Notes under the pieces: model-generated
What the model was told of the DNA's origin: nothing
Seen by the model: the letters and a program-made list of their open reading frames with translations, nothing else
Database searches by the model: none
In this document: positions 27,898 through 36,884 of the stretch, piece after piece
Numbering within the stretch: the stretch's first letter is position 1
Layout: each line of letters begins with the position of its first letter
Made by a program: the position numbers and the translations under genes
Assembly (NCBI GenBank): GCA_937934305.1
Contig: CALHAG010000023.1
Location: 14,466-78,465 of the forward strand
Reading direction: 5' to 3'
Source of the DNA: Candidatus Caldarchaeum subterraneum
Lineage (GTDB): Archaea > Thermoproteota > Nitrososphaeria_A > Caldarchaeales > Caldarchaeaceae
Length of the DNA stretch: 64,000 nucleotides

Positions 27898-29300
27898 GAC
27901 CTTTGCATCCTCTGATGCAATTCATCAGAGTATTTGTGATACTTTAGGATTATGGGGCACCACGTTTTCTCAGGGCAGTAGCCCAGCTGTCGACACTTTT
28001 CACCCATAACGGTCTCAAGCTCGGGAGCCCTTTTCACAACCTCGTGTAGAACCTTATAGGCTATGGCCCGTTCCTCCCACTGGGCGTAGCTACAGGTTCT
28101 CGTGGCCACGAACCCGGAGGGATACAACAGGTTAAACCCGTTATACACCCTCACAACATAGAGCTTCAGAGCCTGTGGAAGAATGAGCGCTGCATCTCCC
28201 AACCTGCATCCGTCCTCTATGAGACGTCGGTAGCATTCAAGAGCCTCACTGCAAAGCTCTGCGAAAAGCTTCATGTTTCGCGGATTTGTTTTAACATCCG
28301 GCGGCGGAATGATGTTTCTCTCAGGGCTCTTCAAAGCCCTCTCGGCCGCTGCGTAAATTGATTCAACAGCTGTTGGAACTGTCCGGTGTCTGATGGCTTG
28401 GTGATATGCGACGAGAGAGAGGGGCTCGAGGGTGACAGCGTTGATTAACGGGTTCACGGTGTCAACCAACTCTTTGACATTTGCGGCGAAGACATCATGA
28501 AACAGTTTGTCAGGTAAAAGATTTTGTAGATGGAGGAGAAGAGGTTCGTCAAAGTTTTTTCCCTCAAGTAGTTTGGTGAAAAATGGGTCGGATGGCTTGA
28601 AAGGGTTGGGGAAGGGATAGGATACCAAGGGATGCTTGACCATGAGACGCGCCTCAACCATCATGGGCGCGACATTTTTCGCCAGAGAATAGAATTTTTC
28701 AGCAAACTCGCTAACCTCGTGGGGCAAATATTCTCCGAGATTACTGTGCTGAATAAAGGATACATAGGTTTCAAGGCTGCAGCTGATGAAGAGGGATGTT
28801 TTTGTGCACAGTGGAAGAACGTAGCGTGCATCCTCGAGAGTGACGCCGTTTTCGATAAGCTGTTTGTAGCCGTCGACGAGGCGGTGTGCAGTTTCTTCGA
28901 AGATTTTAGTGTGGTGTTTTGATTTGAAGGGAGGTGTTTTAAGGTATGAGTGGGTTATGCTCGCTCTTCTCTGGGATTCTTGGAGATATGAGCCGAAGGG
29001 GGGTGCAACGAGAAGCATGGAGAGGGCGCGGCTGCACTCCCTCACCTCTAGCTGAAACGATAAACTGGTGGTGATGGAGGCGTGTCCTCTTTGAGTAGAT
29101 TCTCTATGGACTTTGGCGGCTGTCTTAGCCGGGTCTTTGCCGGCTGAGAGAAGGCTTTGAATTTTCCGCTCAACAGAGACCCCTTCAAAAGTTCCCACAC
29201 CCTCGACAGCTATGAACACGTCGGGGCCGACATCGAATGTTCCGCCGCCGTACTCGACAGAGGTACGTGGCCCGTAGCTATAGAGACTGAGTTCAACCAT
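27894..29300 (-). CDS. Tandem-duplicated ThyX-fold (flavin-dependent thymidylate synthase-like) protein
   Basis: Two ThyX-like halves. Half 1 has RGHASI..LSFQLEV..SRALSMLLVAPPFGSYLQESQRR and LIENGVTLEDARYVLPLCTKTSLFISCSLETYVSF. Half 2 has LVAYHQAIRHRTVPTAVESIY, LIEDGCRLGDAALILPQALK and TRTCSYAQWEERAIAYKV. I place the start at MVELSLYSYG (29300), because the track start at 29417 would run through the carS promoter and start. Confidence 0.75.
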   Translation of the reverse strand: MVELSLYSYGPRTSVEYGGGTFDVGPDVFIAVEGVGTFEGVSVERKIQSLLSAGKDPAKTAAKVHRESTQRGHASITTSLSFQLEVRECSRALSMLLVAPPFGSYLQESQRRASITHSYLKTPPFKSKHHTKIFEETAHRLVDGYKQLIENGVTLEDARYVLPLCTKTSLFISCSLETYVSFIQHSNLGEYLPHEVSEFAEKFYSLAKNVAPMMVEARLMVKHPLVSYPFPNPFKPSDPFFTKLLEGKNFDEPLLLHLQNLLPDKLFHDVFAANVKELVDTVNPLINAVTLEPLSLVAYHQAIRHRTVPTAVESIYAAAERALKSPERNIIPPPDVKTNPRNMKLFAELCSEALECYRRLIEDGCRLGDAALILPQALKLYVVRVYNGFNLLYPSGFVATRTCSYAQWEERAIAYKVLHEVVKRAPELETVMGEKCRQLGYCPEKTWCPIILKYHKYSDELHQRMQRS

Positions 29301-29326
29301 CTTGCAAATCCATGATAGGCCCTCCC

Positions 29327-29358
29327 TGTATATAACGCTCTTGATGAACTTTAATTTT
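29327..29358. promoter_or_regulatory. Candidate divergent promoter pair (ThyX-like operon / carS)
   Basis: TGTATATAACG at 29327..29337 lies about 30 nt from the minus-strand ATG at 29300. AACTTTAATTTT at 29347..29358 lies about 27 nt from the carS ATG at 29380. Confidence 0.35.
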
Positions 29359-29379
29359 GGCGTGGGCTTTTGGGCTTCG

Positions 29380-29901
29380 ATGGATGCGTCAAGCTTCTTG
29401 ACGGGGCTTGCATACATTTTCCCCGCTTACGTGGCTAATGCTTCTCCAGTGGTTGCCGCGAAAATTTTGAGGAGGACAAGGCCTATCGACCGTGGGCGGG
29501 TGTTTGTTGATGGCCGTAGAGTTTTGGGGGATGGGAAGACCGTTGAAGGGTTTGTTGTGGGTGTTTTGGCTGGGTTTTTGACCGGGTTTGTTATGAGGTT
29601 TCTATGGAGCTGGTTGTTCGGGTTGTTTGAGGTTTTTCTACTCTCTTTGGGGGCCTTGTTGGGCGACGTGGGCGGTGCTTTTGTTAAGAGGCGTTTGGGG
29701 CTTAAAACAGGCAGTCCAGCGCCCGTGCTCGACCAGCTAAGTTTCCTCGCCGCAGCCCTCCTACTCATACATCTATTCCACGGCCTGCCCCCGTGGATGG
29801 ACACCGCAACCCTCGCATCCCTCTTCCTTTTCACAATCTTCATGCACGTCGCCACAAACACCTTCGCATATCTTATGGGACTCAAAAACAAATGGTATTA
29901 A
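29380..29901 (+). CDS. carS: CDP-archaeol synthase
   Basis: About 173 aa from MDASSFLTGLAYIFPAYVANASPVV. Motifs PAYVAN..P and DGKTVEGFVVG, plus polytopic character, match CarS (DUF46). The upstream extension in the ORF track is probably not translated. Confidence 0.85.
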   Translation: MDASSFLTGLAYIFPAYVANASPVVAAKILRRTRPIDRGRVFVDGRRVLGDGKTVEGFVVGVLAGFLTGFVMRFLWSWLFGLFEVFLLSLGALLGDVGGAFVKRRLGLKTGSPAPVLDQLSFLAAALLLIHLFHGLPPWMDTATLASLFLFTIFMHVATNTFAYLMGLKNKWY

Positions 29902-30353
29902 AGAGCAAGCTCGGGCCTTGTAACACGGAGAATGCTACGCAAAGCATTGAAAACAGCTCTCATGTTCTCAAGCGCATCCCTTCTCTTCCTCAACCCAAGC
30001 AGAGCAGCTGCCTCCGATACATCGGACACGCTGGCGGAGAAGGTTTTTTCAAAAAAAGTTTTCAGGTCAAGGTGATATGTTTCGTACAATGGTGCAGGGT
30101 CAAGCCGGTTTCTGATAATTTTAGCCGTTAAGAGAGGAAGCGCAAACGACTCGCCACCCCAAGTGACAAAGATGTCCACATCTGTGCAGAATTTCAAGAA
30201 ACTGCGGAGAAACATTTTCTCATCGCCGCGGAAAACTCTACCCCCGCCTGATTCCCCAACAAGCCTAATCTCTCGTATTGCAGCTTCTAACCCATCTCCA
30301 GCAGTCCTGAGCTCCAAGAAGTAGATGTGTGGGCCGATTTTTCTACTTCTCAA
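29898..30353 (-). CDS. Hypothetical protein, RNase H-like/3'-5' exonuclease-like fold with degenerate acidic residues
   Basis: 151 aa. Layout YFLELRT ... VTWGGESFALPLL ... YHLDL resembles the DxE ... NG..FD ... H..D pattern of PolB-exo-related predicted exonucleases, but the first and second Asp positions are L and A. 4-nt overlap with ahcY. Confidence 0.4.
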   Translation of the reverse strand: MRSRKIGPHIYFLELRTAGDGLEAAIREIRLVGESGGGRVFRGDEKMFLRSFLKFCTDVDIFVTWGGESFALPLLTAKIIRNRLDPAPLYETYHLDLKTFFEKTFSASVSDVSEAAALLGLRKRRDALENMRAVFNALRSILRVTRPELAL

Positions 30354-31657
30354 GTTCCAGCCATCCAGCTTCGCATGTATTCTTGCTGCCGAGGAGTGAG
30401 CCTCTCAAGCTCGACGCCGAAAGCGGCGAGCTTCAGCGCCGCGACAGCTTCGTCTATTTCACGTGGGACTGTGTAGACATGTTTTCCCAGTTTTTCCACA
30501 TTTTTTATCAGATAGCGGAGGGACTCTGCCTGTAATGAGAAAGAGAGGTCCATAACCTCGGAGGGGTGGCCCTCTGCGCAGACGAGGTTCACCAGCCTCC
30601 CGTCGGCGAGTAGGAAGAGTTTGCGGCCGTTTCTCAGCCGGTAAAGCGTCACGTTTTCACGTATGGTTTCAACGGAGACCGCGAGCTGTTTCAGGTCTTG
30701 TTTGTTTATCTCGACATCCATGTGACCTGCGTTGGCGAGGAAAACCCCGTCCTTCATTTTTTCAAAGTGTTCGCCCCTTATGACGTCTATGTTGCCGGTT
30801 GCCGTGATGAAGACATCACCTATCTCAGATGCTTTTGACATCGATGTCACTGTGAAACCGTTCATGTATGCCTGCAGCGCCTTTATCGGGTCAGGCTCGA
30901 CAACCACAACCCGTGCACCCATTCCCTTCGCCCTCTCAGCGATACCGGCGCCAACTCTTCCATATCCGGCTACCACGACTGTTTTACCCGCGAGCAGAAG
31001 GTTCGTGGCCCTCAGAACTCCATCGAGGGCCGACTGCCCCGTCCCCAGCGGGTTGTCGAAAAGGCTCTTGGACAGCGCGTCGTTTACAGCGATGACGGGG
31101 AATGCGAGCAACCCTTCTCCATCAAGGGCCCTAAGCCTCGTGACACCTGTCGTCGTCTCCTCCGTCGCGCCCAAAACACGTGGAACATCCGCTCCATCCA
31201 TTCCTCGCCTCACATCCTCCAAATACACATCCTCAAAACCGTGGATGAGCCTGTGCAAAGATGTGATGAGGTCTGCCCCGTCGTCGACAAGCAGATGCGG
31301 CTCATGAGACAAGGCTTTTCCAATTGCCTGGTAATAGTCCTGCGTCGACATTCCACGGAAAGCGTAGACGTTGAAACCCTCAACCGCCAACGCCGCCGCG
31401 ACATCATCCTGAGTGCTGAGAGGGTTTGAGGCACACAGGGCTACTTTAGCCCCTCCCTCTCGAAGAACACGGCAGAGCACAGCTGTTTCCTTCGTCACAT
31501 GCAAACACATAGAGACCCTATATCCTTCGAAAGGCTTTTCGTCGGCATACTTTCTCCTCAACAATGAGAGAACAGGCATCATCGATTCAGCCAACATGAT
31601 GCGATTGGCTCCCTTCTCTGCCAGAGACAAATCCTTCACATGAAAAGGCTCTGTCAA
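30350..31657 (-). CDS. ahcY: S-adenosyl-L-homocysteine hydrolase
   Basis: 435 aa. NAD-binding segment VVVAGYGRVGAGIAERAKGMGARVVV, plus CASNPLSTQDDVAAAL and HPSEVMDLSF, characteristic of AhcY. Confidence 0.95.
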   Translation of the reverse strand: MTEPFHVKDLSLAEKGANRIMLAESMMPVLSLLRRKYADEKPFEGYRVSMCLHVTKETAVLCRVLREGGAKVALCASNPLSTQDDVAAALAVEGFNVYAFRGMSTQDYYQAIGKALSHEPHLLVDDGADLITSLHRLIHGFEDVYLEDVRRGMDGADVPRVLGATEETTTGVTRLRALDGEGLLAFPVIAVNDALSKSLFDNPLGTGQSALDGVLRATNLLLAGKTVVVAGYGRVGAGIAERAKGMGARVVVVEPDPIKALQAYMNGFTVTSMSKASEIGDVFITATGNIDVIRGEHFEKMKDGVFLANAGHMDVEINKQDLKQLAVSVETIRENVTLYRLRNGRKLFLLADGRLVNLVCAEGHPSEVMDLSFSLQAESLRYLIKNVEKLGKHVYTVPREIDEAVAALKLAAFGVELERLTPRQQEYMRSWMAGT

Positions 31658-31723
31658 ACCGACAAACAGCAGAGAACCATGTTTTTAATCCTTTTTAGCT
31701 GCATCCAACCCACGGTCGTTGGG

Positions 31724-32158
31724 ATGAGCCTCGACCTAAAAAGCAAAGAGTTCTATGAGATGCTTCTTGACAACGTGCTGGCCAGGGTTACGAAGGGGTC
31801 TTCAGCCTCTGCCGGCGACAGGGTGTTGGAGATATCGCCGAACCTCATCATAGACGCCAAAAACACGTTTTTCACCAACCTCGGGCAGGTGGCTAAGATG
31901 CTTAACAGGGAGCCGGCGCATCTTGCGAGGTTTCTTCTGAAGGAGACGGGCCGAGCTGGAGCAATTTCGGATGATAGGCTCGTGATACAGGGAAGGATGC
32001 TGCATGATGAGGCGAAACGGCTGATTGACCTCTACATTAAAGAGTTCGTCCGCTGCCCTGTCTGCAACGGAATAGACACACGAATAGTTAGCGAGAAGAG
32101 GTTCAGGTTCCTCGTATGCGATGCATGCGGAGCAAAAAGCCCCGTCAGGAGAATATGA
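31724..32158 (+). CDS. Translation initiation factor aIF2 beta subunit
   Basis: About 144 aa from MSLDLKSKEFYEML. C-terminal zinc ribbon VRCPVCNGIDTRIV...LVCDACGA. The track start at 31640 would overlap the ahcY start, and a TATA-like TTTTTAATCC sits in between. Confidence 0.85.
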   Translation: MSLDLKSKEFYEMLLDNVLARVTKGSSASAGDRVLEISPNLIIDAKNTFFTNLGQVAKMLNREPAHLARFLLKETGRAGAISDDRLVIQGRMLHDEAKRLIDLYIKEFVRCPVCNGIDTRIVSEKRFRFLVCDACGAKSPVRRI

Positions 32159-32244
32159 GACACAACGGCTATATATTGACCCGCGGTAAATTACTGTAGT
32201 GAGGAAACCTGTCCACAAACGCCGCTGATGAAGGACGTTGCTGG

Positions 32245-32532
32245 GTGAAGACGCATCGCTCCAAAACAGGTGAAGTGGTTGTCGCCATCTGCGACGAAAT
32301 GCTTCTGGGTAGAAAGCTGCGGCTGTCTACAGGGGTCTCCGTTGAGGTACAGGAATCTTTTTACAAAGGTGTCCTGGTTTGTGAGACAGACCTCGAAGAT
32401 TACTTCAGGATGGGGACAATCATAAATTTGCTGGGGGAGAACGCTGTAAAGGCAGCGGTCAAGCTTGGATACGCGAGCGAAAAATCGGTTATTTACGTCG
32501 ACGGTGTACCTCATATACAGCTCTTCCTATAG
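32245..32532 (+). CDS. DUF424-family protein
   Basis: 95 aa with a GTG start. The pattern VVVAICDEMLLGRKL...ESFYKG...GENAV matches my recollection of the small archaeal DUF424 family. Confidence 0.6.
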   Translation: MKTHRSKTGEVVVAICDEMLLGRKLRLSTGVSVEVQESFYKGVLVCETDLEDYFRMGTIINLLGENAVKAAVKLGYASEKSVIYVDGVPHIQLFL

Positions 32533-32541
32533 GGATGCTGG

Positions 32542-32883
32542 ATGAGGCTTTCAGAGCTTCAGAAAAGGGTTGAGGAGTTTGAGAAGGCACGGGGCTGGGA
32601 CAGCTTCCGAGAATCCCTTATCTACGCACATCTCATCGAGGAGATAACTGAGATTGGTCGGTTCATCTTGGAGAAGGAGGGGTATAAGCGGAGCGGGCTG
32701 GGCCACTCCTCGCCCGGTGAAGACCTCGACAGCGAATTCGCACAGTCTCTCACATTATTTGTCCAATTGGCCAACAGGTTCGGGGTCGACCTCGAAAAAG
32801 CTCTCAGTAAAGAGATGGAGAGGATGGAGAAGAGGTTCAACGCCGAGGAGTGGCGGAGGGCCCTTGGCCGCGACGGCTCCTAA
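32542..32883 (+). CDS. MazG-like nucleotide pyrophosphohydrolase domain protein
   Basis: 113 aa, all-alpha, with the EExxE-type helix LIEEITEIGRF and a later acidic helix (DLDSEFAQ). Its 3' end overlaps hmgA convergently by 47 nt. Confidence 0.65.
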   Translation: MRLSELQKRVEEFEKARGWDSFRESLIYAHLIEEITEIGRFILEKEGYKRSGLGHSSPGEDLDSEFAQSLTLFVQLANRFGVDLEKALSKEMERMEKRFNAEEWRRALGRDGS

Positions 32884-34135
32884 GCTCCGCCAAAATCTCC
32901 TCAGCCTTATCCACGCGGATGGTTTTCTGTCGCACCATCTCCTCTGCGACGAGGTCTATCTCCTCGCCCGTCGCTCCGGCCATGACGGCGATGTTTTTGG
33001 CGTGAAGGCTCATGTGACCAGCCTGTATGCCCTCGGCCGCCAACGCTCTAAGCGCTGCGAGATTCTGGACAAGTCCGACAGCCGCCATGACCTCGGCAAG
33101 CTCCCGCGCCGACTTGATGCCCAAGATTTTGAGACATGTCTTCGCCACGGGGTTTGTCCTAACCGCTCCACCCACGATGCCCACCGCCAGAGGCAGCTCG
33201 ATGACACCGTAGAGGTCTCCGCTCGGCGTCTGCTCCCATGTTGTCAGAGGCTCGTATCGTCCGTTCCTCGCTGCATAGGCATGCGCTCCCGCTTCGATGG
33301 CTCTCCAGTCATTACCCGTGGCAATAGCAACCGCGTCTATACCGTTCATGATACCCTTGTTATGGGTGGCGGCTCTGTAGGGGTCGGCTTTGGCGAAATG
33401 ATACGCTTCAACTATTCCACGGGCCACCTCGACACCTCCCACCGACTCGGCGGGAACCTTGGCATACGCTCGTGCGATGCGTTTGTCGGCGAGGTTGGAG
33501 ATTATTCGGAGACGGAATTTCCCGCCCGATAGACGTGCAAGAAATGGCGCAACGTTCTCGGCCATGGTGTTGACGGCGTTCGCACCCATCGCGTCCCTTA
33601 CATCCACGATGAGATGCACAACAACCATCGGGCCTAAATCAGTCTCGAGAACACGCGCCTCCACATCCTTAGCTCCTCCGCCCAAGTTAACCAGCACAGG
33701 GTCACACTCATTAGCCCGCGCAAGAATCTCATCCCTGTTCCTCAAAATCTCCATCTTAGCCAAATATGGATTGCTGACCTCGACAAGCTGCACCTGCCCT
33801 ATCATGAGCTGGCTGGGCTGAAAAGAATAAATCCCTCCACCGTCGCGCGCCATCTTCGCGGCGTTAGACGCAGCAGCCACCACTGAAGGCTCCTCAACAG
33901 CCATCGGAACAAGATAATCTCTGCCGTTGATTAGAAAGTTGGCTGCGATGCCGAGTGGTAGAGGAAAGATGCCGACCACGTTTTCAATCATTCTGCTCGC
34001 GGTCGCGATGTCGAGACCGCATGATGAAATCAGCTTCTTCTCCTCCTCGGTTAGCTGTGCAAATTCTGCGACAACCTGAAGCCTCTCCTCAGGCTTGAGT
34101 GTGTAGAAACCCGGTATCCTCGAGCTTCTAGTCAT
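32837..34135 (-). CDS. hmgA: 3-hydroxy-3-methylglutaryl-CoA reductase (class I)
   Basis: 432 aa. Motifs MAVEEPSVVAAASN, DAMGANAVNTMAE, and GIVGG/ALAAEGIQAGHMSLHA. Confidence 0.95.
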   Translation of the reverse strand: MTRSSRIPGFYTLKPEERLQVVAEFAQLTEEEKKLISSCGLDIATASRMIENVVGIFPLPLGIAANFLINGRDYLVPMAVEEPSVVAAASNAAKMARDGGGIYSFQPSQLMIGQVQLVEVSNPYLAKMEILRNRDEILARANECDPVLVNLGGGAKDVEARVLETDLGPMVVVHLIVDVRDAMGANAVNTMAENVAPFLARLSGGKFRLRIISNLADKRIARAYAKVPAESVGGVEVARGIVEAYHFAKADPYRAATHNKGIMNGIDAVAIATGNDWRAIEAGAHAYAARNGRYEPLTTWEQTPSGDLYGVIELPLAVGIVGGAVRTNPVAKTCLKILGIKSARELAEVMAAVGLVQNLAALRALAAEGIQAGHMSLHAKNIAVMAGATGEEIDLVAEEMVRQKTIRVDKAEEILAELRSRRGQGPSATPRR

Positions 34136-34159
34136 GATTGATACGGGAACACAGGGTTT

Positions 34160-34780
34160 TTATCTTTTTCCAAGCAAGATTTTCAACGCCGCTGCGAGAG
34201 CCGAATACATCGCCCGCGGCTCATCCTCAGCACCCGTTATAATTATTACGTCCCCCACCTCAGGTTTGAAAAACGATTTGACCTGCTCAGCAAACTCGGG
34301 TCTCTCGACGCTAAGGTTGCTGACACGCGGCATGTGGACGCCGTCGCTGAGAAACGTTAAAACCATGGCCGCGGAGGCGCCGTGACGCACTGCCTCATCC
34401 CTCTCTTCCAAACCCGTGGAAATTCTATCAGCCAAACCCTTCACAACAACGCCATAGTTAGCCGGGGCTTCCCAGGGCATTTTGAAGGAGACTTTCCTCA
34501 GCGGAGAGATGAGTTTCCTCAGCTTTTCGTAGACCTCTCTCCCCTTCTCTGTCAAAGCAACTCCGCCACGTGTCGAGACGGCGAGCCCGCGTTTCATAAG
34601 CCTCGAGACCATGGTTCTCACAGACCCTTCTCCCAGTTGAAGAAGCTCTTTCAGCCTTTTACGCCCGATGTATGGCTCTGAGCCAATCAAAAAAATTAGG
34701 TAAGCCAGCTGGGGTTCGGTGAAGGTCGGCGAAGGCCCTTTCCCCTCTCTCACACTCAGTATTCTCCGTAGAGCCTCCAT
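34160..34780 (-). CDS. Winged-helix domain protein with conserved archaeal C-terminal domain (DUF4443-like)
   Basis: About 206 aa from MEALRRIL. N-terminal wHTH IGRKRLKELLQLGEGSVRTMVSRLMKRGL. The long N-terminal extension in the ORF track (to 34957) overlaps ftsY and is S/R-rich, so I judge it untranslated. Confidence 0.55.
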   Translation of the reverse strand: MEALRRILSVREGKGPSPTFTEPQLAYLIFLIGSEPYIGRKRLKELLQLGEGSVRTMVSRLMKRGLAVSTRGGVALTEKGREVYEKLRKLISPLRKVSFKMPWEAPANYGVVVKGLADRISTGLEERDEAVRHGASAAMVLTFLSDGVHMPRVSNLSVERPEFAEQVKSFFKPEVGDVIIITGAEDEPRAMYSALAAALKILLGKR

Positions 34781-34814
34781 CTGGCTAATGTTCCTCGAAC
34801 CTCTCAAATAAAGG

Positions 34815-35723
34815 TTAGGCGAACCCCAGCGCCTCGAGCAGCTTTTCAGCAGGCTTGTCCTCGAGGTCGTCGAGCTCCTGGCCAACCCCGAGGAAGAGAA
34901 GCGGTTTTCCCGTCGAATGTGAAATGGATATGGCTGAGCCGCCTTTAGCGTCGGCATCCACTTTCGATAAGATAACGTAGTCTATGCCAACCACTTCGTC
35001 GAACATCTTGGCCTGCTGGACAGCGGCGTTTCCGGCCAAGGCGTCGCCTGTGTAGATGACGAAATCGGGTTTAACAACTCTTTTGAGCTTCCGCATCTCC
35101 TCGAGAAGTCCACGGTCCACTTCGGTTCTCCCCGCTGTATCGATTAAAACAACGTTGACACGCATGCTTGACGCCTTGTTCAAAGCGTCCACAGCCACCG
35201 CCGCTGGGTCTGCTCCATAGCTTTGGCTGACAACCATGAAGCCGGCCCGTTGCCCGAGTGTCTCCAGCTGCTCGATGGCACCTGCCCTGAAGGTGTCTGC
35301 TGAAGCGAGAATCACGGAGTAGCCTCTCTTCCTCAGGTAGTGGGCGAGCTTCACAACGGTCGTGGTTTTTCCCGAGCCGTTGGGGCCCACGAAGAGAATC
35401 ACCGCAGGCCTCCCCTGTTTCCTGGCCTCGTCAACACGTTTCAGAACGTGGTTGACGTCAGCCACTTTGATAAGCGACTCAATCGACTTTTTCAAGACCT
35501 CTTTCAACACAGCTTCTCTATCACCGAACCGTGGAACATCCATCTCCAAAAGACTATGTCTTAAACTGTTCACAATCGCGTCAGCCGTCTCCACCGCCAC
35601 ATCGGCGGCTATAAGCTGTAGATAAAAATCAGACAAGACATTCTCAACCTCTTTGGGGGAGGGCTTCGCCGTCTTTACGGTCTCTATGAAAGATGAGAAG
35701 ATTTTCGCGACAGTTTTCAGCAA
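34815..35723 (-). CDS. ftsY: Signal recognition particle receptor FtsY
   Basis: 302 aa. SRP-GTPase motifs GPNGSGKTTT, DTAGR, SKVD and the NG-domain layout. Confidence 0.95.
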   Translation of the reverse strand: MLKTVAKIFSSFIETVKTAKPSPKEVENVLSDFYLQLIAADVAVETADAIVNSLRHSLLEMDVPRFGDREAVLKEVLKKSIESLIKVADVNHVLKRVDEARKQGRPAVILFVGPNGSGKTTTVVKLAHYLRKRGYSVILASADTFRAGAIEQLETLGQRAGFMVVSQSYGADPAAVAVDALNKASSMRVNVVLIDTAGRTEVDRGLLEEMRKLKRVVKPDFVIYTGDALAGNAAVQQAKMFDEVVGIDYVILSKVDADAKGGSAISISHSTGKPLLFLGVGQELDDLEDKPAEKLLEALGFA

Positions 35724-35730
35724 AGCCCCA

Positions 35731-36171
35731 CTACCCTTGCCGCTGCTGCGCCGTCAAAACCCTGTTCAAAAACCTGCGCAGCTCCTCAGCCCTTCCCGCA
35801 TACTCGGACAGCCTCTTAGCCAACGCATCGACATAAGCCTGAAGAGCCTGGTTTCTCTTGGTCAAAAGCTGCTGAGTATCCTCCAAGGCTTTCACAGCAT
35901 ATACACCTGCGCCCAAGCTGACCGTCACTTTTTCAACGGATTGAAGGCTTGCCTCCGCAAATGTCCCAGCGCCAATAGGCACAAGAATCTTCATGCTTCC
36001 TCCAGACTTCCGAATCTCCTCAATCAGTTTCACAGCCTCTTCATGCTCGGTCACAGACCTCTGCAGCGTGAGAATCCTTGCCTGAAGGTCTGCGACAAGC
36101 CTTTCAAGCAGCTGAAGCTCCTCAAGCGCTTGGGCGACTTCGGCCTCCGACATGGCTAGAAACAGATTCAC
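35731..36171 (-). CDS. pfdA: Prefoldin alpha subunit
   Basis: 146 aa. Coiled-coil / central beta-hairpin (ILVPIGAGTFAEASL) / coiled-coil. It sits in the conserved position between ftsY and aIF6. Confidence 0.85.
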   Translation of the reverse strand: MNLFLAMSEAEVAQALEELQLLERLVADLQARILTLQRSVTEHEEAVKLIEEIRKSGGSMKILVPIGAGTFAEASLQSVEKVTVSLGAGVYAVKALEDTQQLLTKRNQALQAYVDALAKRLSEYAGRAEELRRFLNRVLTAQQRQG

Positions 36172-36204
36172 ACAAGCCCTTTATAACGTTATCAAACAGG
36201 GATG

Positions 36205-36873
36205 TCATCTCTGGAAAACTCTTGAGATGGTCATCAGCTCGGGCCCGGTGGTTAATGAGCCTACGACGGCGCCGCTGGAGTTGGCGGCTATTCCGCTGCG
36301 TGGAAAAAGCACCCCGCCGTTGACTGTGCCAGTATCCACATGGACATGCAGCACGTCTTCCAGCAGCTTCAGCTCATCATCCTCCGCGTCAACATAGACC
36401 AGTGCACCAACGTTCGTCGCAGCTACCAGCGAGCCCACGTAGGACCTGTTTGCAATTGTGGAGGAAACTGTGTCGGTGCCTAAAACGTCTGCAACAACTT
36501 TCGCAACGCTTTTTCCAAGTAAAGAGCTGACAACGGCGCCCCTGTCGTTACATAGAATCAGGTTGCCTACGGCTGTGTATTTGGTGTCGAGGCGGTGAAT
36601 GTTCAAGTCGGGGAGCGCGGCTTTGATTTTCTTCAGCTCCTCATCCACCACGAGCTTGGACAAGAGCAGCCCGTTTGAGTTACCCGCCGCGAAAGGCGAG
36701 ACCAGGATGCTGTCTGCTAAGGAGGTTAGGATGGTCTCAACCTTCAGCACTTGTTGAATTGCCTTGACCTTGGACGGGTTTATCTCCTTGGAGAGAATAA
36801 CGTAGCGGTCTGTTGGGAGAGCAAACAGGCCGACTTCAGCGGAGCCGAGCACCGTCTCCAGCCTAATCTCCAT
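36205..36873 (-). CDS. eif6: Translation initiation factor 6 (aIF6)
   Basis: 222 aa with pentein-repeat character and recurring SxxGxLxxxN-type segments (LLLSKL.., GNLILCNDRGAVVS, GSLVAATNVGALV). Confidence 0.9.
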   Translation of the reverse strand: MEIRLETVLGSAEVGLFALPTDRYVILSKEINPSKVKAIQQVLKVETILTSLADSILVSPFAAGNSNGLLLSKLVVDEELKKIKAALPDLNIHRLDTKYTAVGNLILCNDRGAVVSSLLGKSVAKVVADVLGTDTVSSTIANRSYVGSLVAATNVGALVYVDAEDDELKLLEDVLHVHVDTGTVNGGVLFPRSGIAANSSGAVVGSLTTGPELMTISRVFQR

Positions 36874-36884
36874 AACAAGCTCCG

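Noticed and set aside
34781-34957. Long N-terminal extensions in the ORF track. These are 34160..34957, 25947..26858, 27894..29417, 29302..29901, 31640..32158, 54986..55426, 13632..14669 and 54735..54938.
   Set aside because: The extensions overlap the neighbouring gene or its promoter, have atypical composition and are not needed for the recognised domains. In each case an internal Met or alternative start sits about 25-32 nt downstream of a TATA-like box or at a stop/start overlap.
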